Shown here piece by piece: positions 1-12,811 of a stretch of 64,000 bases of DNA. Source of the DNA: Takakia lepidozioides (lineage: Eukaryota; Plantae; Bryophyta); contig CM060733.1 in the NCBI GenBank assembly GCA_030704615.1, forward strand, positions 26,164,001-26,228,000, written 5' to 3'. A program made the position numbers and the translations under genes. Each line of letters opens with the position of its first letter. The first letter of the stretch is position 1. The notes below the pieces were generated by a model. That model was not told the origin of the DNA, searched no databases, and worked only from the letters and a program-made list of their open reading frames with translations.

Positions 1-2640
1 CTACCAGCTCTAAGATCAGTTTCGAAATGATTTTGTCAGCAACAAGTTGGTCCTCTTTGTTCTTTTCCAACACCTGTCGTATTGTGTCTAGAATGCCACA
101 AAGAATCCTTACCTCAGCTGTATATGTGGTAATCACAAGTCAAACCATGAGTGCAAAAGTATGTCTAACCCTAAACCATATACCCACTGGATGACTCCTA
201 TGAGCTCTCATGAGGTTCTGTTTCCCTGCAGTCAATACAATTCAGGAGCAGGACCCTGAGGCAGCTAATTTGAGTGTGAGAGTGCTAAACAAACTGAAGG
301 AGGCTGCCCTTGGTTGCAGCAGATATGAAGAGCCAGAGGACAGAATACAAAATGCACCTCTGGTGACTAAAGAGGTTCCTAGATGGTGTTATGGATTCAA
401 TTTAGCCCAAAAAGAAAGTTTTACGTGATTTTGGTCAGGTTATGATGCAAAACTGCCTAGATGAAGCTAAAACCAAGCAGTGTATAATTCAGATAGCTCT
501 GGCAGTAAAGAAGAGGAAGAGGCCAAAAGATGTTCAACCCTTCTGAAATGGAGAAACAAGATCGACATGAGACACACCAGACTTCTGCTTAAGGACAAGC
601 AGGAAGGCCAGGGCAAAGCTGCACAGCAGATGTGCTGCTTGTACCTTTGATAAACTCCACTGCTTGATGCATGTAAGTCTCAAAAAACTTTCCCTTTGCA
701 TTCTGTGGAACATGCAACCCACTGTTATATTGTGCTTGTTTGCACACAATGTGGCAAAGAGTTTTTGCTATTCTCTGCAACTTGCTAGCTTCGCCCAAGA
801 CCAAAATGACAATCGACAAATCAATTGCATCCAGGCCTTCAACACAGGCCTATATAATTTCTAATAGTTTCATTTATTATATAGTTGGAGTTCATCTTGT
901 TCAACTCACTGGTCCTATTTTGGAGCTCATATCTATCACAAAATCGACCACCATGGAAAGTTGTCCAGTCCCATCTACAGGGCATCACAAGAACCACAGA
1001 ATTATCTCTGACGTATGACAATTATTCTGAAGATTTTGCACTGACAAAGGAGGACCATTCACTAGTAGAGCTCCTTTCATGTTTGATATGCAGAGCAAGA
1101 TAATGCCATTACTCTGAAGGGTGCATCTCAGCTGGAATGCAGACAACATTGAAGCGAAGCCAAAGCAGAAGAACAAGATCTAACACGAGGGTTCTCACCG
1201 TGTAAGACCATGGTTAATGGAGGTGTATCTTTATAATAGCAAGTGACTGTCCTAATTCAGTGGACATCAGCATATGTGCAGATGATGCCAATCGTAAGGT
1301 ACGGCACCATGTGCCAGACTTAGCTGCAATAAAGCTGGATAGGCCACAAACGGTGCAGATGCATAGAGTCGCAGACTCACACATTGGTCCTTGGACATGG
1401 AAACATTACGCATGAATCTCAACTAATGGCAGCAGAAATTTACGACATGCAGTAACCTTCTTATATATCAAACCCTTCATGTTTGTAAACAGCATCTTCA
1501 CTATCTAAAGCTTAGCAGGACACAAAGCACTGGATATGAAGACCAACTGAAGCTGCGAAGAATAGAAGTAACAAGACCAACAACCTGAGAGGCCTTTCTG
1601 ATGCTGCTTCACTCGGCTTAAAATCCTCACTGCTCCACATACCAACAGTGGAGTAAAATATTCCGTTCTAACAGCACTCTACTCAGGACAATACAATCAA
1701 GAAGGCCAACAGCCATGCCCTGAGCTATAAAGGCTACAATTAACTGCTGTCCTGCAGTCCCTTTAGGTTTTGATTTATTCCTAACTACGCATCAACATTT
1801 GTTTTACACGGTTCACGATACAGTAACTGTGCAGCTTTCTGGTAATGCCGTGAAGGTAGGATGGTATTGAAAAGTTGCTTGCCTGACTGCTGCAAATGCG
1901 TAAACATTGCACAAATCAGATATACACCTAATAAGCAAGAGCAAATTGCGAGGACCAAAAATATACCGTTTCTGAGGAAGCGTTGAACTGAAGTCCGCCT
2001 GACATGATCATCATTACTAATTGGAGCTACAATGTTCGAACCTGACAACTTATCACCTTCAGCGGAAAAGAAAATACATTTGCATGGACCAAGAAGAGGT
2101 AACTTATCCAACACTGCACCACCTGCTTCCAAAGTTGACCACAAATCAGATCTTCCTTGCAGAAAGCACAACTAAAAGCTCGTGTGGTCAAGGCAGTGCT
2201 TTAAGCATCCTTTGCATTTATGTGAGATAGAGTGGAATGAGAGACAGAAAAATAGGTTTTTGAGGGAACTGAAGAGGAAGAGCAAGAGAAAGAGAGAAAT
2301 CGCCACGCAGACAGTCATTGAAGCCATCAAACCACACAACAAGAATGTACTACAGGTCGTTGGTAGAAACGGACCTTCCATCTCATGAAGATCCTGCTTT
2401 AGTGAGAGGAGTTCTTGCTTCAGACGCTTAGCCTGCGCCTCAGAGGCCGATGGTCATCTCACTTCACAGCACATGCACTATCTCTTCTCGCATATCAGGT
2501 AATTATCCAGCTGCTTGGTTTTCAGTTGTATTTCATCAAAACAACAGCTGACTCAAATACATTATCAGAATGAGTGGCAGGCGGTATAACCGTTGTTCAT
2601 GCGCTTTCTTTCATCAGCATTGTTGGATAAAGTCAACAAC
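1..2640 (-). pseudogene. Probable degraded multi-exon host gene (helical/coiled-coil product, unidentified)
   Basis: Short minus-strand reading segments with AG or GT borders, e.g. ~118-1 (EVRILCGILDTIRQVLEKNKEDQLVADKIISKLILELV), ~850-647 (ACVEGLDAIDLSIVILVLGEASKLQRIAK...AVEFIK), ~2445-2375 (EAQAKRLKQELLSLKQDLHEME). Stops lie in between; no family recognised. Confidence 0.3.
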
Positions 2641-3142
2641 TGCAACCGACATAGCACGTCCCAACCGATCGCAACAGAAATTCAAAGGATGCACAAGGAA
2701 CAAGGACCTCTTAAGCTTATAATTTGACCCCCTCTTAAAATACTTACTACTTCGAGTCACTTCATTCATATTGTCCGGTCGCGAATCTCCGAAAGGTGTA
2801 CTTTCCTCCCTCTTCTCCTCATAATTTTTCTCAAATTAATTGACAGCTCACTGAGCGGGCAAGCAAAATCACCTTCTTTTTCCAATGATGTCCCTCCGCC
2901 TGAGAGCCAGCACGTGCTTTCACAAGTGCAATTGCAAGCTCTAACTTCATCTCTGCTGAAGGCTGCCATGATGCTGCCATTGCAGCAATTGTTGCTACTC
3001 CAATTCTCACTCACAACACGTCTGCGCTGCCCTCGATTCCGTCCCCAATTGAGGCCTGGCACCTACTTGTCAAAACTGAACTCCGAGTACGGTAGGACGT
3101 TTTTCTTGAAATTCTTGGAAATGACTAAAACCGACAAAGGGG

Positions 3143-3310
3143 GAGTGTTGGGCGGTATTACATTTTTTAATGCCAGCGGGGTCCTGGTATTGAAAAATAT
3201 ATATTTCTCAATACCAGCCGGTTCCATAGTATTAGAATATACACTTAATTCTAATATCCACCAGTTCTCAACCTATTAGTGTGATTTTTCATTTGTGGAC
3301 GGGTATAAAT
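3143..3310 (+). mobile_element. hAT-like terminal remnant
   Basis: GAGTGTTGGGCGGT resembles the CAGTGTTGGGCGGTT TIR at 7757 and is followed by GGTATT/AATACC motifs. No partner TIR seen. Confidence 0.35.
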
Positions 3311-3317
3311 AGGTAAC

Positions 3318-6300
3318 ATGAATGGGAAGATTTGGGCCCCAAGGATCGTTACTGTCTGTGGAATCCCAGATCAATACCTATATTTCCTCCCAAACATTGG
3401 GAACTCCTTTGGTTACTACCTGGGTTGTCTGGCTGTTTTTGACCATGAGATGTGTCTGGACAACTTGAGAAAAGATCAAGCATGGAAAGGCGTCACAATT
3501 GCTTCCAAAATGAAGGAGAATGGATTTGCCCAAAATTGTGATTATGATCAAAATCCCAGGCTACATCAGGTTGCCCATAGACAACAAGGGAAACTTCTTC
3601 TCAGTCAAACTAATGGAAGACTCGCCTGGTACTGGTTGTTTCAACTGTGGAAAACAAGGTCATATGAAAGCAGACTGTCCAACTGGAAAGAGAAAACGCC
3701 ACTCTCCAGTCCAATTGGCCTCTACTTCGCGTCTAGCAACCTCTACTCCGCTGATTAAAACCTCTCTCAGGAATCAATTAACACCAGCAAATGTCACACC
3801 AACGGGTCCAAATAGGAATGCCTCTTCTAAGGAGAAAGTCCCCTCAACTCAGGCTATGCATGCACCTATGGGGAATGCCTCTTCTAAAGAGCAAGTACCC
3901 TCTCCTCAGTCAAGGCCTAGTCGGGATCAGGCAGCTGTTTTAAAACAAACTACACCTAGTATCTATGGTGATGGCCCTGGCTGGCCCCTATATGGATTCC
4001 ATCATCAGCACCAACTGCCAAAAAACACCACAGACCAAATGACCCAATGGAGCTAGAAAATGACATCTCCAGATCTGTAAGAACACCAGGTCCCCCCTCC
4101 AGTATATCCATGGCGGTGAGGAGATGTCAGCTGGCATACTGTGGTCACCAATACTGGAGTTACAACGGAATTCAGTGATCATGGAGGCCCCACCAGATCA
4201 GTCATCCCCACAACATGGGCCAATTGTCACATCCACAACAGTTCTTGTTGATTCTGAAGATACCCCAGCATCACCCGCAAGGTCACATCCAAATCACGAA
4301 ACCACTGGGCTCCCCTCCAACTCCAAGGCCCCTACGAGATCAATTGACTTTCAAAATCCAGATGCAAACATAGGAATTGCACTTAACCCTATAATTGCTA
4401 ATATATGCCTGAGGTTGCAGACCTTCCCCACTCTCTCTCTCCGTGGATGCACTCAGCTGGTATCTTCAAAGGAACCCCAAGCCACCTGCATTACCCCGCT
4501 GATATTCTGCAACAAGGGTGTACCGAGAATTCTGATCACATCCCCTGACAGGGAGGGGATGGAATCTTTGCGGATCACGACATTCGAAAATTCGTCATCA
4601 AAGAGCCCATAGATGATAGCCCTATCCCCACTCTCAGAAGAAAAATTGAGGAATACTTTCATATACATCTCCCTCAGTTTTCACTTTCAAGCTCAGTTCC
4701 AATCTCTTGGGCTTCCTACATTGAGGCATACCCTGGCCTAAGTGATGGCCCCTCCACGCAGGTTCTGGCCCTCATAAATGTGGAACACCTATGCTCTAAT
4801 CTGCCCCCCCTCTGTGACATCTGGGTCTGTGAGAAGAGTAGTTCGGATCCCTGGTGCACACAACAGGCTCAGTTCCGAACAAAGGATATGCTTCACAATG
4901 GTTTTGCAATGTTCTATGCTTTGCTAGAGGTGGAGGCAGGCATGCAATCCACCAGGCAGGGAATCACGGCCAGTCTCTCGGAGGACTCGGTGGAATCGGC
5001 CCAAGAAATCAAGAGGGAGGCAGGAAGCTGCCAAGGGAAAGGTTAGGCTCAATCACACATCACCTATCCTCAAGCTGCCTTTTCTCCCAGCACAACCAGC
5101 CAACATGGAGGCTCAAATACTCCCCAATCCACTCATTGTATTCATTTTCTCTAGGAAAGCTACAGATTCGCAGAGATGCATGGTGCTTTGCAGGAAGCCT
5201 GTCAACAAAAAGGGGAAGAAAACCAAAACCCTGCCATCACTCTGGTGGAGTCCCCAAACTATGCACTTAGCTCCAAATCTGAACCAAGCAACTCAGCCAT
5301 TGTCAAACCTTCAGACAAAAACAATAGTGGCCTCTCCATTGGCCTAGTTGCGGAGCCAACCCCCAGTCTGGCTCCAGCAGAATTTTCTATGGCCTGCACA
5401 AAACAATTCAAACCTATACCTGGATCTTCCACCCATACCCTGGCAAGGGTGTTATTCATCCAGCTCCTGTCGCCCCATCGAAAGCTCCCCAAAAACCTAG
5501 TATGGGAATGTTCCTTACTTCCTTCGGACAAGAGAGCAAGATTCTCATTCTCTTCCTCAAGGCAATCAAATAAGAGCCCAACTCTTGGCCCATCTTTCCC
5601 CTTAAATGCTGGTTAAAATCCACTCTTGGAATATCAGAGGGATTGGATCTACTCAGTCCTCCCTCAAAAAGGCAAAACTTAAAACCTGGCTTTCCCCGTT
5701 ATTAAATCAAGAAACTATTATCTTGTTACAAGAACATAAACTTGACTTGGCCAAAATCTCATCTTTAGGGGATCAACTCTGGCCCGCAGCCCATAGCTTT
5801 TGGAAACCAACCATAGAAGGATCAAGAGGAGGAACAGCGATCCTTCTTTCACCCTCAATAGCTACCCTGATTCAAAAAGAAGAGATGTGGTTCCAAGGCA
5901 GAGCTCAATTCATCTCAATCATCCTTCCCAATGCCAAGGGAACAATAGGCATTGTCAATCTGTATGCCCCTAACTCATCAGCCGAGAGGGAGGCTTTCGG
6001 GGAAAACCTACACACAAAAATGGAGTCTGAGCTCTCTGTTGAGCAATGGTTATTGATGGGTGACCTCAACATGGTTGAATGTGTACAAGACAGGCTGGGG
6101 GCTGCTGCCCAGGGTCTGGGTGATGGTGAGGCCACATCATGGCAACGAATTAGAAACAATTTCTCTTTGTCTGAACCGTCCAAAGCCAGAACCGCCGACA
6201 ACCATCCATGTTTTACATGGACAAACAACAGGGCATGTGCTGATATCTGTATGGCAAGGCTTGACAGGCTTTACCTCTCGCCAAGGCTATCCCCCTGGGC

Positions 6301-7095
6301 AGAAATGCTTCCTCAAGTGCCTATCTTCCAAGAGTTTGACCATGCATGCATTTCCTGTCAAATCAATCTCCCAAACCTGCCAAAAAGAGGCAAAGGATGG
6401 TTCAGACTTAATACATCCATGCTGCCACATCCAGCCTTCAAACTAGCACTTGAATCGGCATGGGCCTCTACAGCCAATGAAGTTCTCTGCCCTATTGAGC
6501 GGTTTCAAGCCAAACTCAAACAGACAACCATCGCTGCTCAAACCCTCAATTCCCAAATAGCCAATCAGAGACAGCGCAGAGTACTTGCTCTCAAGAAATG
6601 TCTCGGAACATGCCAAAGGCTCTTGGAACTTGGGAAACTGGATACATCATCGCTACAAACATATCATGAAGCTAGGCGGAACCTTGAAGCCTTCGACTCT
6701 ATAAGGGAGCAAAAGTATAAATTGCAGGCAGGTATCAACTGGGCTTCAAAGGGGAAAAAAATGTCGAAATATTTCTTCGAGAAAGTTCAAGTTCGTAGAA
6801 CCACCCATATTATCTCAAAGCTGCAAGACCCATTGGGTCACTCTTCCTCAGATCCCAAACAAATGGTTTCAACGGCGCACTCACACTTTGCAGGGCTCTT
6901 CAAACGAAGACCGGACTCGCAAAGCATTACTGTGGCCAGGGAAATCTGCCTGCGCAATCATCAAACCAAGCTCACCCAATCAGGCGCAGCCTCTCTGGAT
7001 GGAGAATTCACTGAAACTGGGCTCTCGAAAGCCTTGAAACTTATGTCCAAACGAAAAATTCCGGGCATAGACGGTATGCCTGTGGAATTTTACAG
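3318..7095 (+). mobile_element. L1-clade LINE, degenerate ORF1 plus 3'-truncated ORF2
   Basis: ORF1 pieces with zinc knuckle CFNCGKQGHMKADC (3520-4056). ORF2 begins at 5606 and is cut at PGIDGMPVEFY by foreign sequence. Confidence 0.9.
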
Positions 7096-7126
7096 CTCCA
7101 TCTTGCACAACGACGCAATGGCGTGA
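5606..7126 (+). CDS. LINE ORF2 N-terminus: APE-type endonuclease plus linker, RT missing
   Basis: Motifs SWNIRG, LQEHK, NLYAPN, MGDLN, FTW, RLDRLY, DH; GKGWFRLNTSML; KYFF; PGIDG. Confidence 0.92.
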   Translation: MLVKIHSWNIRGIGSTQSSLKKAKLKTWLSPLLNQETIILLQEHKLDLAKISSLGDQLWPAAHSFWKPTIEGSRGGTAILLSPSIATLIQKEEMWFQGRAQFISIILPNAKGTIGIVNLYAPNSSAEREAFGENLHTKMESELSVEQWLLMGDLNMVECVQDRLGAAAQGLGDGEATSWQRIRNNFSLSEPSKARTADNHPCFTWTNNRACADICMARLDRLYLSPRLSPWAEMLPQVPIFQEFDHACISCQINLPNLPKRGKGWFRLNTSMLPHPAFKLALESAWASTANEVLCPIERFQAKLKQTTIAAQTLNSQIANQRQRRVLALKKCLGTCQRLLELGKLDTSSLQTYHEARRNLEAFDSIREQKYKLQAGINWASKGKKMSKYFFEKVQVRRTTHIISKLQDPLGHSSSDPKQMVSTAHSHFAGLFKRRPDSQSITVAREICLRNHQTKLTQSGAASLDGEFTETGLSKALKLMSKRKIPGIDGMPVEFYSSILHNDAMA

Positions 7127-8489
7127 GCGTTGCGCGTGAGCGAGCGAGCGTACGCTCACGCAGGAATGACGTAGCGTGAGCGTACACGTGGCGTGAGCGT
7201 CATGTCAGCATGCTGATGTGGCGGTAAATGATGACATGGCAGTGTCCGTCATCTGCCACGTCACCATTAACATACGCCGCCTATAACCGTGGATGGTCCT
7301 ATGACCGTGGAATTAATGCAGGGAATCTTGCCTAAATAGAATCAAGACGAGCATTGAGGCCTACAATTGCAGCATCCAACATTGTGCAATTACAAATGCT
7401 TGTTTCACTTTTACAATTACGAGGACGACAAAATATCCTCACAAAGTGTGCGCCATAAAGGCTGCCACGGGAAGACCTTCCTCCCTCCTCAAATAACAAT
7501 GAGAGTTAGGATCATCTTCAAAAGATGATTGTAGTGCATAGCGACAGCAAGACATGTAGACTTCGAACGGTGCAATGACAAATGTGCACTACCTAAAAGT
7601 TGTCACTCAGAGCTCACTCTGTATAGTTGGAGGCCATATCATTGCACAGCCGACGAATTGATGTGAATTACACATTTCAAATCATGGTCATCCACATACC
7701 ACATTACATAGTTCATGCTACCCATGTGTTATATCCCGCTGCAAAAGAGTATTGACCAGTGTTGGGCGGTTCTTGCCTTTGTGAAGGAACCTTCGGTTCC
7801 GGTTCCACAAATTTTTGAAGAGACGGTTCCGGATCCGGATCCGGTTATTTTTTATTAAGGCGGTTCCGGTCCGGTTCAGGTTCTGACTTTTTAACATGGG
7901 GGCGGTTCCGGTTACCGGTTAGTTGCTGGAAAAAAAACGCCGGTTCCCGGTTAGGTTCCGGTTCTTTTTTAAAAATATATTAAATTCTTCTAATTTTTTA
8001 TTCTTCTAGAAAATTAGATGAACTAATCTGATTGGTCATACTGAGAATTTTCAACTAAAACCAGGGAATTTATTAGTAAAACAGAAGTAAATAAACTTAT
8101 ATGTTTTTTGTGATTGTCTTTTATAGTATATATAACTAGTTATATACGCATGGTCTCCATTAAAAACGGAAAACCAGAGATTTTATAAGTTGTTGTACGG
8201 TGTAGCAAAGAACAACTAAAATAGACTAACTACATAAGGATCTTAATTCAAAATACAAAACAAATTAAACATGTGTAATTCTATGGTTACCTTTTATGGT
8301 GCAGCAAAAGCACAACTAAAAAAAACTACATAAATTTGTGTTTTATGGATGATACTTTGTCAATATAGCATACAACAAACTAAGTACACGGGATGTCACT
8401 GAAATTTTCAATAAAAATGACAAATAAACAAACTCCAATCAAAGGAGTATAGTGTAATATGTTGAACAATTATTTGTCTCTAAGACAAA

Positions 8490-10821
8490 TCAGTCTACCT
8501 CAAAGAGGTTTGCCTCTGCAATCAAGTCCTCATTCTCATCTAAGATGACTTCTTCCCTATCCAAAAACTCTTTCATGGAAGTACTAAAGCAACCAACTCT
8601 AGCATCATTTGGCCAATTCTTGACTACACTCACAAGCATATCAAGGTTTTCAATATTTAACCTGCACCGTCTCAAGTTTGTTATGACACCTGCAATACTA
8701 AAAACCCTCTCAGCTTCAATCTGAGATCCAACTATGCCCAAAATTAGCCGTGCCAAAAATCCCACATACGGAAAGAGAGACTCGTGTTCTTTCCACCATT
8801 TCAAAGGAGCCACGCACTCACCTTCATTTATCTTCGTCCTTCTGAAATGTGATAGTTGTTCTCTCACCACTGTCAATGTCATGTCTTCATTGTGGTCATG
8901 CACACCAAATAAGGACATCTCGTCCATTGTGGCAGTGGGCTGTGATTGGGCCGAAGTATCCGGATGTAAGACCTTGAAACACTTTACCAAAAGAGGCTCT
9001 AACACCATACTATCATATTGGGACACAATATGCAAAGCACGCTCTTTGCCCACATATTGTGATACCAATGACAACCCCTTGTAACGTGGGTCAAGCATAA
9101 GCGCGAGCATATTGTGAGCTTTGCGCGATTGAAACCCTTCCAAAAAAGAAAGAAATGGTTCCAAGACATATACCACCTCTCGAGCCATCCGCCATTCCAA
9201 CAATGTCAACTCTGTTGAGAAATCCCCCATGCAATGATCCACAGTTGCAGCCCCCCCAGCACTACTTCCTCGCATGCGAATTGTTGTGGCAATGGCTGCA
9301 TTAAGAGCATCGGACAACAACCAAAATCCCCCAGATTGATTCATAATGCACTCATGAACCACAGGCCCTAGAACTGTAGAAATTGATTGGGCAATGGCCC
9401 ACACTTGTGGACTTGGTATGCGAGATTGCAGTGCCAATGAGGTTTGCCTAGAGTAACAAGTGATTATGGCTTGCCTAAACTCCAAAGTCTCTTGGAAGAG
9501 GATCACCTTGGAAGCAAACCGTGTCTTCACCGGAGTCTTCAGTTTGCGGGGATGAATGCCGCTGTCCACACATGCCTTTGCCCATTCTTGTCTCCCTTTG
9601 CCACTTTTTTTGGTCCAAGTAATGGTTTTTTGCAACTCTGATTGGGCATTTTTTATAGAAACCGATCTCATATCTGCGCATACTTTTGCATCATTTGTTG
9701 CATACTGGCAACACTTGGACATTGCATGCCCAAAACAGCTACCCACAAATGGAGAATCCAACCCCAAACACGCACATGAGACCACCGAATTCAAAGCATT
9801 GGTCAAAGTGGCCAAGTTACCTCCCTCATCTTTGACGTAAGCAATAATGCGAGTATTGAGGCCATACTTCACAAGAAGATTGTTGACTTGATGTGCCATG
9901 GCAGCCCCAGATGTGTCAGGTGTCTCAAACATGCCAAGAGTCACATGACATTGCTCCCACTGTTCATTAATAAAGTGCGCTATGATGACAAAAGTGTCAG
10001 TTCCCCCTCTTGACATCCACAAATCAAAACTCACGGAGCAAGTAGCACAACTTTGAAGAGATGGGGACATGTAGCGCTCTTTCGTCTTCTCTGCCAAGAT
10101 TGGAATGGCCTCATTCACAAATGTCCGTCGAGAAGAGAAAACAATCCGAGGATTTTGCCTCAACACCATCCTTCTTAGCCAAGGGGATTCTACCAAAGAC
10201 AGTGGAACCAACTCCTTTGCAATGAATAAGACTAAATCCTCATTGAACTGCTTCTGTTGATCATCATTTTGGTTGTATGGAGTGGAGCTCCTAAAAAAAA
10301 AACTATGTTTCCAGGATGGGGCCGGGCCTCTTTTTGGCTGGCCTACGGGCCTTCTCAGGTCCAAGATTTTCCCTCTCAATCCACCTACGCAAAACAATGT
10401 CATGTTCTTGATCCACATGCTTTCGAAGGGCAGAGATACCATTGGTTTTGCCCTTCTTGCTTTCAGGAGTGACACCAACAGGATGACATAGAACACACCT
10501 CATTTGTTGTGGATTTGTTATGTCCACTGGAGCAGAGTCTTTTGTTGCATAGAATGCCCATGTCGAAGCAGTGCGATTGTGGGGCTTCCAAAAATCCCGT
10601 TGTTTGTCAAGTACTGGGAGCTGCGCCTCCACATCCAACACCGTGTGTGATGGCGAAACTGTGGAAGATGACATTGCAGCCGAGGCTTGATGAGCTGATG
10701 TAAATGAGGCTTCATGATGAGCATCCTCCGCAACATGGCACTCCACCAAAGCTCTCTCATTATCAACATTCATGTCAGGAACAACTTCCCTTTCTAGTTC
10801 ATCGAAAATATTGGGCTCCAT
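8490..10821 (-). CDS. hAT transposase (BED finger, DDE core, C-terminal dimerisation domain), frameshifted at the A-run near 10293-10302
   Basis: BED: WAFY...CVLC...LRKHVDQEH. Core: FDLWMSR, VKDEGGN, CFGH, KTRF, LDPRYK. hATC: LKWWKEHESLFP...QIEAERVFSIAG...RCRL. Confidence 0.93.
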
Positions 10822-12811
10822 GACATAAAAAGCTTGTGGAACAACTCCTGTGTAAAAACAATGCAAACAAAGAATCCAAAAGGCATTTAATAATTGTGCA
10901 CAACTCATATATTTACAACTAAAAATGTAAACAACTAAAAAAATAAAGCTCAATGAAAGGGAGTTACAGGCGGGTAATGGTGGCTGGTTGGCAGGTCCCT
11001 CCCTACTTTGGGCTCCCTCCCTCTCATGCAGAATCTGCTATAACAGAAGCCAAAGGGGCTATCTCATCAACCCCCAATTGTATCAAGAATTAAAAAAATT
11101 TAAAGAAAGGGAAGATACTTACCAGTGATGATCAATGTGGGCTGGTTGGCGGGCCCCTCTTTGCTTGTGCTCCCTCCAATATAAAATCTACCATAGTGGA
11201 GCAAGGGCTATCAGCCCCTTGGTATATCATCAAAGAAAACAGGAAAAAAAAAAAGAAAAAAAAAAGAATGATGATCAATGATTACCATGGACCAAGGGGC
11301 CTGGTTGCAGGTGGGCCCTCCTTGCTCGTCCTCCTAAACTTGTGCACCACATGCCATAGCAGAAAAGGAGGAAGCTGATTAGCTTCATGGTGAACTAAAG
11401 CTAAAAACAGTAAAATAACCAAAAGTGGTGGATGCTTACCAACGTCACTAACTCTACTTGCTACAGCATTGACATCCACTCGATTGCTTAGATCATTCTC
11501 TTTTGAAAAGCCCTCTTCAGTAGCTGAACATCACTTGGAGACGACTGGATGACTAAATCACTGACAACCAAGACCAGGTTGACTTTCAAGTGAAGACAGC
11601 CAGAATGCAGTGCCACGTGGAGTAGCCAGAAACTATGAACGAGAGAGCCCCTGAAGGAGAGGATGGAAGAGACGGGGGGATGGCTGCTCACATACCTCCT
11701 CTCGCCAGTCAACATTGTTCAAGATTCCCTGACACACAGCGAAAAGAGGAACACCCTCGTACAAAACCTGCATAAGCACCTTATTCAGCTCCACCTGCAG
11801 CTATCCTACCATCCCACAATACAACTTCTTGGAAATGAACAGTGCGGAGACCCCTCACAACAGGGTGAAAATCAATTCTGCCAATACAATAACCCACAGA
11901 ATGGTGAACAAAAGAAAAGGGGGTTACCTCACTCGCTGCAAAACCTGGGTAAATCTGGAAGGAGCTCACTGAGTGCCCGTGGTTCAAACACATTTCCCAA
12001 AAGTATGTGTGCACCTGCCACATATACAGGAACAGTCAGGCGCCGAGGTTCTGTATAAATCTCTGTTGCACGATGAACAACATTGATCATGGCAATAGAC
12101 ACTGAGGCAAGGAAGCAACCTACTGTCATTACGCCCCAACCAACTTGCTATCCATTATGTGCTGCAAAAGTACAGATTGGTCATACAAAGCTAGCCTGGC
12201 TGTCATCCAGATTGTACAACTAAGCACCGTACAAGAGAGGGGCAGAAGCTGACCTCTTTCTGGGTTAATTCTTCTCGGTTGGTCTGAATTCATCTAGATT
12301 ATGTAGCTAGCACAGAAGCGAAGAAGTGGCAAATTTGTTGACCAACTACAGCGCGAGGTGCAAACCTGCAGAATCTATCTCACTGTACAACCGATTTGAT
12401 CTTCGGGGAGCAGCAGCAGTTGTTGGTCTATTTCTTCGCTGCTCCAATATATTGTCCAGGTGACTCGATGTGGGCCATTCTGCACTTGCGCTGTCTGAGT
12501 CAATACACTTGTCTTGCTGCTCGCTCTAGATAAGCAAATTACTCATAGGGCCCTCGTTCTGAACAGCACATGGGTAAGCGCATTGATCTTTCGTGTTATG
12601 ATGCAGGGGCATGCTCTCCGAGGTGGGATTAATCAGAACAGGAAGGTGAAGAGGGACAGGGAGGGGGTTCTGGAAGGCTAAGCTGCAGCATCAACTTGCA
12701 CTGGCCTATTAACCAGGATTAGCCATGCCAGACACAGACCCTGCCTGCAGGGGGGCCTTTCCCTCAGAGAGGGCGTACCTCACGCTGGTGAAGCCACGAG
12801 AGAAACAAGAG

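Noticed and set aside
8734-9840. Antisense ORFs over the hAT, LINE and gypsy genes
   Set aside because: Shadow frames of recognised coding sequence.
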